From: Octopus bimaculoides
Taxonomy: Eukaryota
Assembly (NCBI RefSeq): GCF_001194135.2
Contig: NC_068981.1
Coordinates: 149,153,822-149,217,821, forward strand
Reading direction: 5' to 3'
DNA length: 64,000 nucleotides
Under the pieces are notes generated by a model, which saw only the letters and a list, made by a program, of their open reading frames with translations, did no database searches and was not told the origin of the DNA. A program made the translations under genes and the position numbers. Below, in pieces: positions 1 through 13,260 of this stretch (positions are counted from its first letter, which is position 1; every line of letters begins with the position of its first letter).

Positions 1-289
1 TGCGATGCATACCGAACATATATATTATAAATGAATACAAATAACAAATCCCATATTTATAGAAATATTTCATTTTTATGAGAGACGGCAGGAAAGAGGC
101 TACATGTGTGCTATATGTACTCCACTTGAATTGTAAGGTTTTCCTATTCAAAATTGTATGGCTCTGGTTCATATACCATCAATCGCCACTTACACACATA
201 CACACACACACACACGCATAAATGTATATATTTATATATACATATTCATACAGACACATACAGATACACATAATAAATATATAAAAACA

Positions 290-921
290 TATGCGTGGGG
301 TGCTGAAAAGTTCCTGGCTTTGGATAAAAGAAAACACAGGAGGGTCAGCTAATTATGATTTTATCCAACATATTCCTCTCTCTCAGATTCACACGCTTAT
401 TTGAAGGCAGCAAGCTGGCAGAAATGTTAGCACACCGGGCGAACTGCTTAGCGGTATTTCGTCTGCCACTGCGTTCTGAGTTCAAATTCCGCCGAGGTCG
501 ACTTTGCCTTTCGGGGTCGATAAATTAAGTACTAGTTACGCACTGGGGTCGATATAATCGACTTAATCCGTTTGTCTGTCCTTGTTTGTCCCCTCTGTGT
601 GTAGCCCCTTGTGGGCAGTAAAGAAATAGGTATTTCCTCTGTCTTTACGTTCTGTGTTCAAATTCTGCCGAGGTTGACTTTGCCCTTCACCCTTTCGGGG
701 TTGATAATTTAAGTACCAGTTGCGTACTGAGGCCGATCTAATCGACTGGTCCCCTCCCCCAAAATTTCGGGCCCTGTTTTCCTGGGTAGAAAAGATTCAC
801 ACACTTATTGCAGCGGTCATCCAGTTTTTCTAAGCCCTGTATAAGAACTCGGAAAGATGAGCCTCCAACCAGGCCTTTCGTGTCACTCTTAAAGCCAGGA
901 ACTTTTCAGCACCCACTCGTA
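290..921. mobile_element. Mariner-derived MITE interrupted by a SINE
   Basis: Terminal inverted repeats GGGTGCTGAAAAGTTCCTGGCTTT / AAAGCCAGGAACTTTTCAGCACCC with TA flanks; same family as 24029-24236 and 35060-35280. Confidence 0.8.
407..792 (+). mobile_element. tRNA-derived SINE family A, tandem/composite copy
   Basis: Head GCTGGCAGAA..TTAGC, B-box-like GAGTTCAAATTCC; body repeated from about 630; flanked by a roughly 21-bp duplication AGATTCACAC(G/A)CTTATT(T)G(A/C)AG at 385-406 and 793-813. Confidence 0.85.
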
Positions 922-1204
922 TATATGTGTATATATTTTTGTATCTGTGTGTGTGTGTGTGTGTATACATACATACATTCTTTTCATGAACAGTGAATCT
1001 CGAAGTAACTATGGCTATAAACAATGGAAATATAGGTTCATGTCCTACGAGCCCTTCGTCGTTTTCTATGCAAAAGGTTTTGAGCCCAATACTTATACGC
1101 TATTATTTGTAGCTATCTTTGCTTCGAGATTCATTGTTCCGAAAAATAATTATTACACGCTCTCAAAGTTTCTTGTAACATCAATATATACACACACGCA
1201 TACA

Positions 1205-1532
1205 CACTGGTCGTCTATCGGTTACAACGACGAGTGTTCCAGTCGATCCGATCAACGGAACAACCTGCTCGTGAAATTAACGTGCATGTGGCTGAGCGCT
1301 CCACAGACACGCATACCTTTAACGTGGTTGTCAGAGAGATTCAGCGTGACACAGAGTGTGATAAGGCTGGTCCTTTTGAAATACAAGTGCCATTCATTTT
1401 TGTCAGCTGAGTGGACTAGAGCAACGTGAAATAAAGTGTCTTGGCTCAGGGACAATACAACGCGCGGCCAGGAATCGAACTCACGAGCTTACGATCGTTA
1501 GCCGATTACCCTAACTACCAAGCCACGCGTCT
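1205..1532 (-). mobile_element. tRNA-derived SINE family C (CORE-like central domain)
   Basis: Plus-strand GGAATCGAACTC is a B box on the minus strand; central block CAGCTGAGTGGACT.GAGCAACGTGAAATAAAGTGT shared with 19665-19990 and 34448-34690. Confidence 0.8.
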
Positions 1533-1560
1533 TCATAACATATGTACACACACATATATA

Positions 1561-2360
1561 CGTGTGGTCAGTAGCTTGCTTACTAACCACATGGTTCCGG
1601 GTTCAGTCTCACTGCATGACACCTTGGGCAAGTGTCTTCTACTATAGCCTCGGGCCGACCAGAGCCTTGTGAGTGGATTTGGTAGACGGAAACTGAAAGA
1701 AGCCCGTCGTATATATGTATATATATATATATATATATANNNNNNNNNNNNNNNNNNNNNNNNNNNNNNNNNNNNNNNNNNNNNNNNNNNNNNNNNNNNN
1801 NNNNNNNNNNNNNNNNNNNNNNNNNNNNNNNNNNNNNNNNNNNNNNNNNNNNNNNNNNNNNNNNNNNNNNNNNNNNNNNNNNNNNNNNNNNNNNNNNNNN
1901 NNNNNNNNNNNNNNNNNNNNNNNNNNNNNNNNNNNNNNNNNNNNNNNNNNNNNNNNNNNNNNNNNNNNNNNNNNNNNNNNNNNNNNNNNNNNNNNNNNNN
2001 NNNNNNNNNNNNNNNNNNNNNNNNNNNNNNNNNNNNNNNNNNNNNNNNNNNNNNNNNNNNNNNNNNNNNNNNNNNNNNNNNNNNNNNNNNNNNNNNNNNN
2101 NNNNNNNNNNNNNNNNNNNNNNNNNNNNNNNNNNNNNNNNNNNNNNNNNNNNNNNNNNNNNNNNNNNNNNNNNNNNNNNNNNNNNNNNNNNNNNNGCTGG
2201 TGTGTTTAAGTCCCCGTAACCTAGCGTTTCGGCTAAAGAGATCGATAGAATAAGTACTAGGCTTACAAAGAATAAGTACTGGGGTCGATTTGATTCGACT
2301 AAAGGCGGTGCTCCAGTATGGCCGCAGTCAAATGACTGAAACGAATAAAAAAGAATTAAA
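1561..2360 (+). mobile_element. tRNA-derived SINE family B, spanning an assembly gap
   Basis: Head GTGG..AGTAGCTTGCTT..GGTTCCGGGTTCAGTC, then CCTTGGGCAAGTGTCTT, internal (TA)n lost in the gap, 3' block GGGGTCGATTTG..CGACTAAAGGCGGTGCTCCAG..ATGACTGAAAC. Confidence 0.8.
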
Positions 2361-2687
2361 ATGTCTGTCGTACGTCTTGTCATTTAGTCTTGCACTTGGT
2401 TTCTCTAACTTCATCGCCTTAAGTTACTTATTTAACATATGTAATTTTTCCATGATATTCCATTTATTGTATCTATCGTCGAGACGATGACGACGACGAT
2501 AATGATATAAATACTACCAGAATTCTATCTTCCTGTTAAGTGCCCTTAGTAAATACGACCAACCCTTTGTCACTTTTACTCATGCCATAGAATTCCATTG
2601 TCTTCATTTATTATGCGGAAATGATAAAATATCTACCGAGGGAATTGGCCGTTCATGTTACATGAAAAGAATGATGCTAAGAATTAC

Positions 2688-2718
<31 letters not shown>

Positions 2719-2728
2719 TGTATGTATG

Positions 2729-2769
<41 letters not shown>

Positions 2770-3039
2770 GTATACATGTGTGTGTGTGTGTGTGTGTGCG
2801 TGTGCGCGTGTGTGTCTGTGTGCGATTGTAAAAATATGTGATCATCTGTCTTCCACTTTTAGAATAAGCACGCATACCAGCAGACACGTAGACACACACA
2901 CAAACACACACACACACACAAATACAAACACACACACACACACACAAGCACACACACACGCACACACACACAGAGACTAACACACGTATTGAAAGATTTC
3001 TTTTTGAACATGTTAAAAAGTATCCAACTTGCAACGTCA

Positions 3040-3050
3040 CACACACACAC

Positions 3051-3096
<46 letters not shown>

Positions 3097-3133
3097 GAGA
3101 CAGAAAGACAGAGCGACAGACAGACAGACAGAC

Positions 3134-3167
<34 letters not shown>

Positions 3168-3188
3168 CAGACAAACAGACAGACAGAC

Positions 3189-3243
<55 letters not shown>

Positions 3244-3245
3244 GG
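3040..3245. repeat. Compound microsatellite (CA)/(TC)/(TATC)/(AGAC)/(AGAT)
   Basis: Visible short tandem repeats. Confidence 0.95.
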
Positions 3246-3948
3246 GTTACACATTTGTACGTGTTAGTGGGACTACCAACGGTAATATTTCAACTACGCC
3301 TCCCATCAGAGAAAGAAAGAGAGATAGAGAGAGAGTAAAAGAGAGAGAGAGAGAGAGAATTTCTCCTTGATATGCAATTTCGTAGCAGCATGAAAAAAAT
3401 AATACAAGTAAAAATCATTAAAAAATCCTGTATTTCAGCAAAGTTATATTTGGTTACTGAATCGGGTAAAGATATATGTATTGTATATTCCTGAGAAAAT
3501 ATCGAGTTGAAATACTTTCAAGACATTATTTAAGACACTGACTTATTATTTTAGCTTGTATTATTTTTTATAAATTTATTGAATTGTTTTTTATTCTGCT
3601 TCATGCATTTATTGAAGTAATGGTAATCTTAGAGAAAATAGTTGTAATAGCTCACTTTGTGAAATATCTCTAACGGTGTATAAGTGTATCAAGAAATAAT
3701 TTTACCATCAATTGTGGAATGTATACGATTTGGATAGCGAAACGTTAAATATATCGGCATAAAAAAAAAAAAAAACGATAATCATATATGTATGTGTATA
3801 CGCTTGTATATGTGCATACGTATAAGCTTCCAAGCACATGGAAATTCACACTGAAACATATATATGCGTGCGCATAAATACACGCGTATACATTATAAAT
3901 GTTTATGATACAAACACACACACACACACCGACATGCACACACACACA

Positions 3949-3986
<38 letters not shown>

Positions 3987-3989
3987 TGA

Positions 3990-4260
3990 TCATCATTTCA
4001 TAAACATTTTCCATGCTGGCATAGGTGGACGGTTTGATGAGCTGGCAAGCCAAAAAGCTGCACAAGGTTCCAGTTGTCTGATTTGACAGTTTCTACGGCT
4101 GAAGGCCCTTGCTAACACCAACTACTTTACAAAGTTCACGGAATTTTTTTCACGTGACGCCAGGATGGGTGCTTTTTCTTTAGCGCCAGCGCTAGTGATT
4201 TTGACATGGCACCAGTACCCATGGGGTCACCACGTAGCTTGCAAGACGTCTCAGCTGAGA
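3990..4260. mobile_element. Probable SINE or LINE-tail-derived interspersed repeat
   Basis: GC-richer block TTTCCATGCTGGCAT.GG.TGGACGGTTTGA..GCTGGCAAGCC..TTTCTACGGCTG resembling RTE-tail-type repeats; from pattern memory, one copy in the window. Confidence 0.4.
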
Positions 4261-5542
4261 GAGCTGGCCGTGTGCCAGGAGAGGGGTTTGAGTATGATAT
4301 AGGGACAGTGACAGCTGTCTTACTGCAGAGGCGATACTTGACAACCCATCAGGACAAGGAAAGAGAGTGCGAGAGAGAAGGTGCGAGAGAGAGGTGCGAG
4401 AGAGAAGGTCTACCCACAAAGAACAGTCGAGGTGTAGAAGTTGCACAATGGAATAGAAATGTTCCATAAAATTGTGAGGTGAAATATGTAGAGATGTCAA
4501 GTGATGCTCTGTGGAATTGGAAGGGCTTGCAGTGGGTGGTGATAGTTTGGGAGAGAAGGGTTACGAGTGCGTTTTGTCAGAGGACAAAATTATGCGTGTG
4601 TGTGCGAGTGGAAGGAGATTATGGCCATAAAGGACATGCTTGTATGTATGTATGTATGTATGTATGTATGTATATGGAAGGATGGATGAATGAATGGATG
4701 GCCATGATTTTACTTAGCTTGATGTATTTTCTCAAGCACAGCAAATCGCCAGTAGTCTCAGTCACTTGCCATATCTGGGTCGCTCGACCTCTGAAAATCA
4801 TTTCCCACCACTTCGTCCAACGTCTTCCTGAATCTACTCCTTTCAAAAGTTCGCTTCACAGTTAGAGATCGGTAATTCTTTATGATGCAGTCCTAATACA
4901 TACGTATTACATGACCATACCAGCGCAGTCTTCTCTCCTGCACACCACAACTGATATTTCTCATACGCAGTTTTTCTCTTAAATCATATACACTCTGTCG
5001 TATATGCACATTGATAAAACCCATACAACGGAGCATGAAAGTTTATTTCACTCAAGACTTTACATGTCCTCTGTAATTACAGCCCATATTTCACTGCCAT
5101 GTAGTATAGCTGTTCGTCAATAGCCTTCATACAATCTGCCTTTCACTCTTAAAGAGAAATTCTTTGTTACTAATATAAGTAGTGGCTATATAGATGTATG
5201 TGCGTGCATGTGAAAATATACGCATATTAGACGCGTTTTAACCTTATAGCTTTCTCACATTTTCTTCTGTATTTTGCTTTAGCCCTATAAAAAAATTTTT
5301 TTGCGTGTGTATGGGTGCGAGGTTGTTGAGTGCATGTGTGTAGGGGTGTGTATGCGGGTATATATATGTATATGTACATATATGTATAATTTTTAGCGAT
5401 TATATGGGTTAGCATGTGTATGTTTCAAGCGAGAGTGGTTTAGTATATACATATACGGATTGGTGCGCTTACGCGAACACTATAGACTTTTTTACTCCCT
5501 TACCTTTACCCCCTCCCCTTACTTAGGGGCCTATAGCTCTTT

Positions 5543-5712
5543 TGTCTTAATAACGGTCAATCACACAGTAATTTCCCTTTGTTTAACGGTCATTTTTCAC
5601 AGGAATTTTCAATGGCCGGATAACTGAAGAGGTGTTGGCGTGGGTTCCCACCCCGGCATCCAAAACTCGGAGTTTTATCATGCCTACCGAATAAGTGTCA
5701 CATATTTTTACA

Positions 5713-5750
<38 letters not shown>

Positions 5751-5940
5751 TTAAATATATNNNNNNNNNNTGTCTTAATAACGGTCAATCACACAGTAAT
5801 TTCCCTTTGTTTAACGGTCATTTTTCACAGGAATTTTCAATGGCCGGATAACTGAAGAGGTGTTGGCGTGGGTTCCCACCCCGGCATCCAAAACTCGGAG
5901 TTTTATCATGCCTACCGAATAAGTGTCACATATTTTTACA

Positions 5941-5978
<38 letters not shown>

Positions 5979-5988
5979 TTAAATATAT
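5543..5988. repeat. 218-bp exact direct duplication across a 10-N gap (likely assembly overlap)
   Basis: 5543-5760 matches 5771-5988; the copies are separated only by NNNNNNNNNN. Confidence 0.9.
5619..5679 (+). ncRNA. Degenerate type I hammerhead ribozyme motif
   Basis: GATAA-CTGAAGA-GG(del A)TGTTGG..CCGGCATCC-AAAA(G12>A)-CTCGGAG-TT-TTATC; stems I and III pair; identical copy at 5847-5907 lies in the gap-flanking duplicate. Confidence 0.5.
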
Positions 5989-6513
5989 GATATAGGTTAT
6001 AAGCTGTGGGTTGAAGTGGTCATCAGAACTTTTTAAATTCTCTTTGAAACATACAGCCTCATGCCTCAGTGAAGAAGTTAACCGGATTATCCGACTAGAT
6101 AATATTTTGGTTCCTCTTTTCAAATAGTAATCATAAGTCACTATTGCTCTGCAAGACATTAACATGTTTCATTCTAGTTCTATTTCGTTGCAGAACAGAT
6201 TACAGAAAGTGAACATTATGTCTGTACATATGAAACTCAATGATTCTAAATGTATTCAACTGGAAGTTTGTGTAAGTAATAAGAGAGAGAGAGGGAGTGA
6301 GGGGGAGAGAGAGTGAAAGAGAGAGTGAAAGAGAGAGAGAGAGAGAGGGAGTGAGGGGGAGAGAGAGTGAAAGAGAGAGAGAGAGAGGGGAGAGAGTGTG
6401 AGAGAGAGAGAGAGAGAGANNNNNNNNNNNNNNNNNNNNNNNNNNNNNNNNNNNNNNNNNNNNNNNNNNNNNNNNNNNNNNNNNNNNNNNNNNNNNNNNN
6501 NNNNNNNNNNNNN

Positions 6514-6603
<90 letters not shown>

Positions 6604-6605
<2 letters not shown>

Positions 6606-7751
6606 TATGTGTGTGAAGAAATTGATTTAATGCTTAGTTGCATGCAGAATTAAGTTTTATGAACAAGTAAGCATATTTATTTAGATACAAGATCATGTAT
6701 TGTAAAGAGAGGGAGATAAGACTGTGTGTGATGCATATATATTTCTCTGGAAAACATTAGCAAAAGTGGAATGAGTTGGCTTCAACCGAGAAATGAAATA
6801 TAGAAACATATGTATTGAGCTATATGGCGGTCGTCAAGCTTAAAGAACATATCGACCTGTTTTCGATATTATTCATTCCCAAAATCGAATTCTCTCGAAT
6901 AGGTATATACGAATTGCATGCTATTCATTGAAATGATATTTCATACTAAAAACAGATGTAAAATAGAATGCACTAACCAAATTAAAAAAAAAAAAAAAAA
7001 AGTAAAATACCGTGTTGAATCATTACAAGAGAAGCTGTATTGTGTAGAAGTTAAATTTCAGTGATAACTAAGATGGTCTATTCTTTATTTTTTATTCTTG
7101 TCACGAATTTATTCTAGATTTTTCAGGATGTTACCTGTGACACTGATTTTATATCCAGATTGATTTTATATAAAATTGAACGCTTATCTATATCGTAAGG
7201 AAACGTTTTCGAGATAGTGTTCGATATTTCCCAATCATTCACAAATGCAACTTTATTTCCAGTATATAAATGTCGTGTAAAGGCAAGTTCAGTTTGTTAA
7301 AATATTCGACTTGCAGCTATAAAAGATGTAATGTAATGTATGTATGTATGTATGTATATATATATGTATGTATATATATGGGAGAATATACAAATAATAA
7401 CAACAGACGAGGACAGGTGGTGTAAATAACAAAAGTATATATTAGTATGTGTGTGAAGAAATTGATTTAATGCATAGTTGCATGCAGAATTAAGTTTTAT
7501 GAACAAGTAAGCATATTTATTTAGATACAAGATCATGTATTGTAAAGAGAGGGAGATAAGACTGTGTGTGATGCATATATATTTCTCTGGAAAACATTAG
7601 CAAAAGTGGAATGAGTTGGCTTCAACCGAGAAATGAAATATAGAAACATATGTACTGAGCTATATGGCGGTCGTCAAGCTTAAAGAACATATCGACCTGT
7701 TTTCGATATTATTCATCCCCAAAATCGAATTCTCTCGAATAGGTATATACG

Positions 7752-7754
<3 letters not shown>
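6604..7754 (+). repeat. 311-bp near-identical direct duplication (6604-6914 and 7444-7754)
   Basis: Offset 840 bp, 3 substitutions seen, no gap between the copies. Confidence 0.9.
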
Positions 7755-7784
<30 letters not shown>

Positions 7785-8751
7785 ATATATANNNNNNNNN
7801 NNNNNNNNNNNNNNNNNNNNNNNNNNNNNNNNNNNNNNNNNNNNNNNNNNNNNNNNNNNNNNNNNNNNNNNNNNNNNNNNNNNNNNNNNNNNNNNNNNNN
7901 NNNNNNNNNNNNNNNNNNNNNNNNNNNNNNNNNNNNNNNNNNNNNNNNNNNNNNNNNNNNNNNNNNNNNNNNNNNNNNNNNNNNNNNNNNNNNNNNNNNN
8001 NNNNNNNNNNNNNNNNNNNNNNNNNNNNNNNNNNNNNNNNNNNNNNNNNNNNNNNNNNNNNNNNNNNNNNNNNNNNNNNNNNNNNNNNNNNNNNNNNNNN
8101 NNNNNNNNNNNNNNNNNNNNNNNNNNNNNATATATATACATATATATACATATATATAATGAAATTTTTATGAGTGCATAGCATAAGCTTTTATTTTGAA
8201 CTTTCACTTGTCGCATCTACTTCACCATCTGGCTTTTCTTCTACTTGTAAATAATTCTTACAGACTATGAAAACATTTTAGCCTCACGCAGACATATCCC
8301 ACTCACGTATATACATAACATCTTCAAGCGACTTCTTTTAGTTTTTTTCTTGCATTCTCTCTTATTTACAAACATTTTCTCTAGCTTTATAGTCAGTTTT
8401 TCTATTTTATTAAGACTGCGCTATTTATTACCCACCATTCATTCTCCGCCAAATTCGATACCGTTTAAAAATTTTTTTTTTTTTATGCAGAAACCCACAG
8501 TCTTCCACTCAAAACACCATACTATCCATATAAAAAAAAAATCTCCATATGCTCCCTCTCTACTGAAAAAAGCCGACAACCCACTCCAAACATAGTACAA
8601 CACACACAAAACCCCATTGAATATACTTGAAACTCCTTCAGTATAGTGGTTTTACTTTCTTTATTCTTTTGCTTCATTTGTTTAAAAAGAAAAGTTTTCT
8701 ATTGGGATATGTCGCTTAATTACCGTTGGCAACCGTGCGGAACATAAAGAC

Positions 8752-8787
<36 letters not shown>

Positions 8788-10052
8788 AAAAGAAAAAAAT
8801 CACCTTCCAAGTTCTACGTTGTTTAAAAGGCAAAGTAAGTTGTTTGCTGTTTCCGCCATTGACGTCTTTATGACCACCACTGAAAATAAACAAATAAATC
8901 AAAATGTAGTAGGAGTTAGCTTCACCGGAACCCCGAAAGTATGAACAGGTCTGCAAACACCAGCTGGGCAGGAAATGCTATCGTCTTGATACTAATACGT
9001 CTATTATATAACAAGTCAACAAAAGAAACTGGAGTCATTGGTAAGTGACCAGCCATGGTGAAGGTACTGACACCGCAGAGTAATAGCTAACATCAAATAC
9101 ATAAATAGAGCAAAATTAGGAGGTTAGAAAGCTGAGAAATTAAGTAGAATATGAAAATATTGGAAGGCTAGAAGAATGAAACAAGAAAAAAAAGAGTTTG
9201 TAAAGTAGATGAGTGGAAGATGCTTGTCTGAAAAAAGAAAAACAATGTAATAAAAATAACTAGAAAACTAATACGCTTGTAATCTGGAAATAAAACAGAA
9301 CATAAAATAAGAAAACGCAAAAAAACAAACAAACAAACAAACAAAAAGACACAAAAAAAAACAAACAATAAAACAACACTAACCAAAATATTAAAATTCT
9401 TAGTGTCTGGAAGAGACTGACTAAAAGATAAGACTAAAATTACCAGACCTCTCTATAAGAAGAAGGGAAATTTTTAATACTGTATCTCCAAAAGTTTTCT
9501 AAGCAAAGCCAATTAATTTTTTCTCATTATGTGTATCCGTGTTATTTCAAGATAGGAACATTTATCCCTACTCTTTAATAGGGACCATAATGAGATGCCA
9601 ACACAGCACCAAAAGCTGAGCTGGATCTTCTGCACTTTGTATGTTAAAGCTCTTATGTTATAGAGACATACGAAGAGGTTTTTCGAATAATAATGAATCT
9701 TGTGATCTATATTTTCAATGACACTCTCTCTCACATCGATACTCAAACTTTTTAACTATCGCCCCACCTTCTTTTACCAACACTTTTCAACGCTCCCTTG
9801 ATACAATTCAGGAAAAATAGATACACCACATTTACACACGCATATACATTTACACACGCATATACATTTACACACGCATACACACACACACGCACACACA
9901 CATACACATACACTCAAGTCAGGATGTTTCCTAAAGCTACAGGTGCAGTGATCGTCTTTATTGCAAATATTCGACAATGTCTTTTAATTTATGCTTTTGT
10001 TTATTGTTTATAATTTACAGGCATATTAGTTTCCGCATATTCTTATTCACAT

Positions 10053-10234
10053 TTCTTCTTCTTCTTCTTCTTCTTCTTCTTCTTCTTCCCCTCTCCTCCA
10101 CCTCCTCCTCCTCCTCCTCCTCCTCCTCCTTCTTCTTCTTCTTCTTCTTCTTCTTCTTCTTCTTCTTCTTCTTCTTCTTCTTCTTCTTCTTCTTCTTCTT
10201 CTTCTTCTTCTTCTTCTTCTTCTTCTTCTTCTTC
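10053..10234. repeat. (CTT)n/(CCT)n trinucleotide microsatellite
   Basis: Visible. Confidence 0.97.
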
Positions 10235-10909
10235 GTTTCATTTGTATAACGTTCCCCTTTCCCCGTGTAATTCTTTTCCTATGACAGATTGAATTTTGAA
10301 GTTTTAATTTTGTACTCTTCAAATTTTTGTATTTTTCAACTTTTTAATAATATAACTCTCCTAACTTCATTATCCATCACGAGTGCTTCTGTTTGTATGA
10401 AAATACTGACCTTTGTGCCCTATCCAGCCTTCTCAATTTACATTTTCGTCCATCACTCTTCCTAATCACCTTTCTTTTAACAGTTTGCCCTTCTATCGCT
10501 ATTACAGTATTTTATCATCCTCTTCCAGTCTTGCTCCCACCTACCATTTTGTCTACCCTTGTTTATCTCTCGCTCACCCTGTCCTCCTTCCACTCGAACT
10601 CGATCAAGTAAACTCAAATATTTCTTTCAAAATTTTAAATATTCATCTCATCCTTTTCTTAACTTTTCTGTGTTCTCTTTGCTAGCTTATTTGCTGTTCA
10701 GTTATCATTTCCCCACAAAACCCTTTCGCTTATCACTTTCCGCTTCTCCATCAAAGCCAACATTTACTAAATTCGCAGTTTCCGAAACACAACTTTGATG
10801 ATACACACCGAACATCTGCTTTGCTGAAACAACGATGGCCGTGTTGNNNNNNNNNNNNNNNNNNNNNNNNNNNNNNNNNNNNNNNNNNNNNNNNNNNNNN
10901 NNNNNNNNN

Positions 10910-10961
<52 letters not shown>

Positions 10962-11779
10962 AGTAAGGTTTTCAAATCCATGTCGAACATTTCTAGGCAT
11001 TTATGATCTCATCTTCTGCTATGAAGTGATTGGTATTGTTCCGTATTGATGCAGACCGCTAAAACACGATTATTGATGGCGTTGGCAGTACCGCTGGACG
11101 AGTGTGCCGATATTAATTGAATGGAAGTGTTGCGCTCATAACTCGTTAGTAGGAGCAGATCATACCTTAGAAGGTTGCCATGGTAGTGTAAAAAGAAAAA
11201 TGCGTCTATAGCTTGAGGCAGGAAAGAGTTTGTTTGTGGGTTTTTGTCAATCAGTCGGATGACATTTTGGATGTGATCTGTGTGCATTTGCGCTATACGT
11301 AGGTCACTCTGTTCTATTTTGGATTAGCGGCGCAAAGGGATCTTTTGGCTCTGAAGAGGAACGCTAGCTTTTGAGGTGCAATTTATTGTTCAGAATATGA
11401 GATCATCATTGATTGTGAGGCCTGACATTTTTAACAGTGGATCGCAGCAGTGGGTAAAAAGGACCTAATTGACGATTTCTTCAGCTCTTGTAGGCAGTGG
11501 GTACAGCCTTATTGATACAGCGCATGTGAACCATTTTAACATGTGTGAGAGACGTGGAAGTGCAGGCTTAATGAAATGGTTTTGGTTAGATAGTTAACTG
11601 ATGCGGATGAATCTGGGATGATAAAACTGACAGATATCCAATGGAGTGCTATATTGGCATGTGGGTAACCGTGATTAAGTAGTGATTAAATGATCCAATG
11701 GGATCAGAGTTTGGAGATGAGGAAGAGACCTAGAATATAACTTCTGTGTTTCGGTCAGGTAGTTAGACGTAGGAGATAT

Positions 11780-13260
11780 TATTAATGCATTTGGAATATC
11801 CTTTTTAACTTCTGAAAGTAATTTTCCTTTGTCAGATGACCATTTATATATTACAGAATTACTGTTGTTTAGACGATGTAGGCAAGCATCTTATGGGCTT
11901 GCAATTTTAAAGATCGTTATATCTTCAAAACTGAAATGGTTTTCCACTCGATGTGCCATTCAGATATTATTCCTGGCTCTTTGTTTGAAGAGATCATTAA
12001 ATACTTTTAGAAATACTCTGTATGCGTGTATTATATATAACTAGAATTTTGGAAAATTACCAATTCCTAGTGCTTTTAAGTTGTATTTTTTGTAGCGTCT
12101 GGGGTATTTCTTGAGTTATTCCTTTCAGTGATTGTTCAGGTGTTACACCTGTTGTTTTAAGCATTCTTGTCCGTGGCTATCCCTTCGTGATCCATAGTTC
12201 TCTCAAACATTCTTCTACTTCTCTTGCTGTGTGTACTGCTGCTATTTTGATTTTACAGGGTTCTTGGTAAAATCGTTTCGTTTTGTGCTTGAATTGAAAT
12301 GTTTGCCTACGACAACAGATTTCTTCTACGATTTTACGAGGATCTCTTCTATGAGTTCTTTATATCTGGGTGCTTCTGCATAGTTTTTGTCACATTTTTT
12401 TCCGATTTATTTCTGTTCTTCTGTCGTTTTCTTTAAAAATTAGGAGATGTTTTCTTTGTCTTTCTCAGCACCTTTTCGTATAATTATATCATTTTAATTT
12501 AGATGTTCTTATATGACTGGTTTTGAAAAAATAGCCACCTTCCTGTAGCTGCATTTCATATCTGTTTCCTTCTCGTGATGAAATTTGTCTTAAGCGAAAC
12601 TGACTTAGTACTTAAAATAAACATCCATCTATCAAAACCTTTTTGTTTTTTTGTTTTTGCGAATTCGGTTTAGGCTCTCGCACCGTTTCGTTATATTTTA
12701 GGTGTTGAGCCGTTTCTCACAAAATCGGATGTGTTGAGAAATACTTAAACAAAGAAAGAAAGAAGTGAAGTTACATATAATGTCCCTACTTTCGGACACA
12801 TCAGAACTCAAGATAACACCCAAAATGCTATTCTTTTTTTTTTCAGGACAAATTTCTTTTGACATAAACCCCATCAGGAATAAGGGATCTCTTGATGTGG
12901 CTACAGATGTCTGATTTAAACACATTCCAATCTCTCGTCTACTACTGTTACTACAATTTTTGTTTCCCAAAGCTAAATGGATTTGTGGCACAGTCCAGAT
13001 CAACATTTTAGGTTTAACCCATTAACATAACTAACCCCATCATTTCACCTTATACCACGCCTATGGAATTACCTCTCTTATTCATGTTTTCCTGTTGTTT
13101 TTGGGTTGCAGTTGTTTGAAGAACTCATCGGCCTCACTTATCTTGGAGGATCTGTTTTGCATTGTGATTTGATAGCAGGTCGCGTTTAACTTCTAGAAGG
13201 TCAAGTATTGAGATCAATTCCAGATCTTTTCAGTTTGGCTGCTAATTTTCGATCTCTTCC
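11780..13260 (-). mobile_element. Decayed non-LTR retrotransposon, R4/Dong-like pre-RT and RT N-terminal region
   Basis: Minus-strand translation across stops and frameshifts gives KRFYQE (about 12270), TAREVEECLRELW (about 12210), ISEWHIEWKTISVLK (about 11945) and NCKPIRCLPTSSK (about 11885), resembling FY / EEVE.FW..IW / IPEWLT.GKT.LIPK / NYRPITCLPT.YK motifs. Confidence 0.6.

Noticed and set aside
10835-10846. ACGATGGCCGTGTTG as a gene start after a pyrimidine-rich leader
   Set aside because: Only 4 codons are visible before a gap; cannot be supported.
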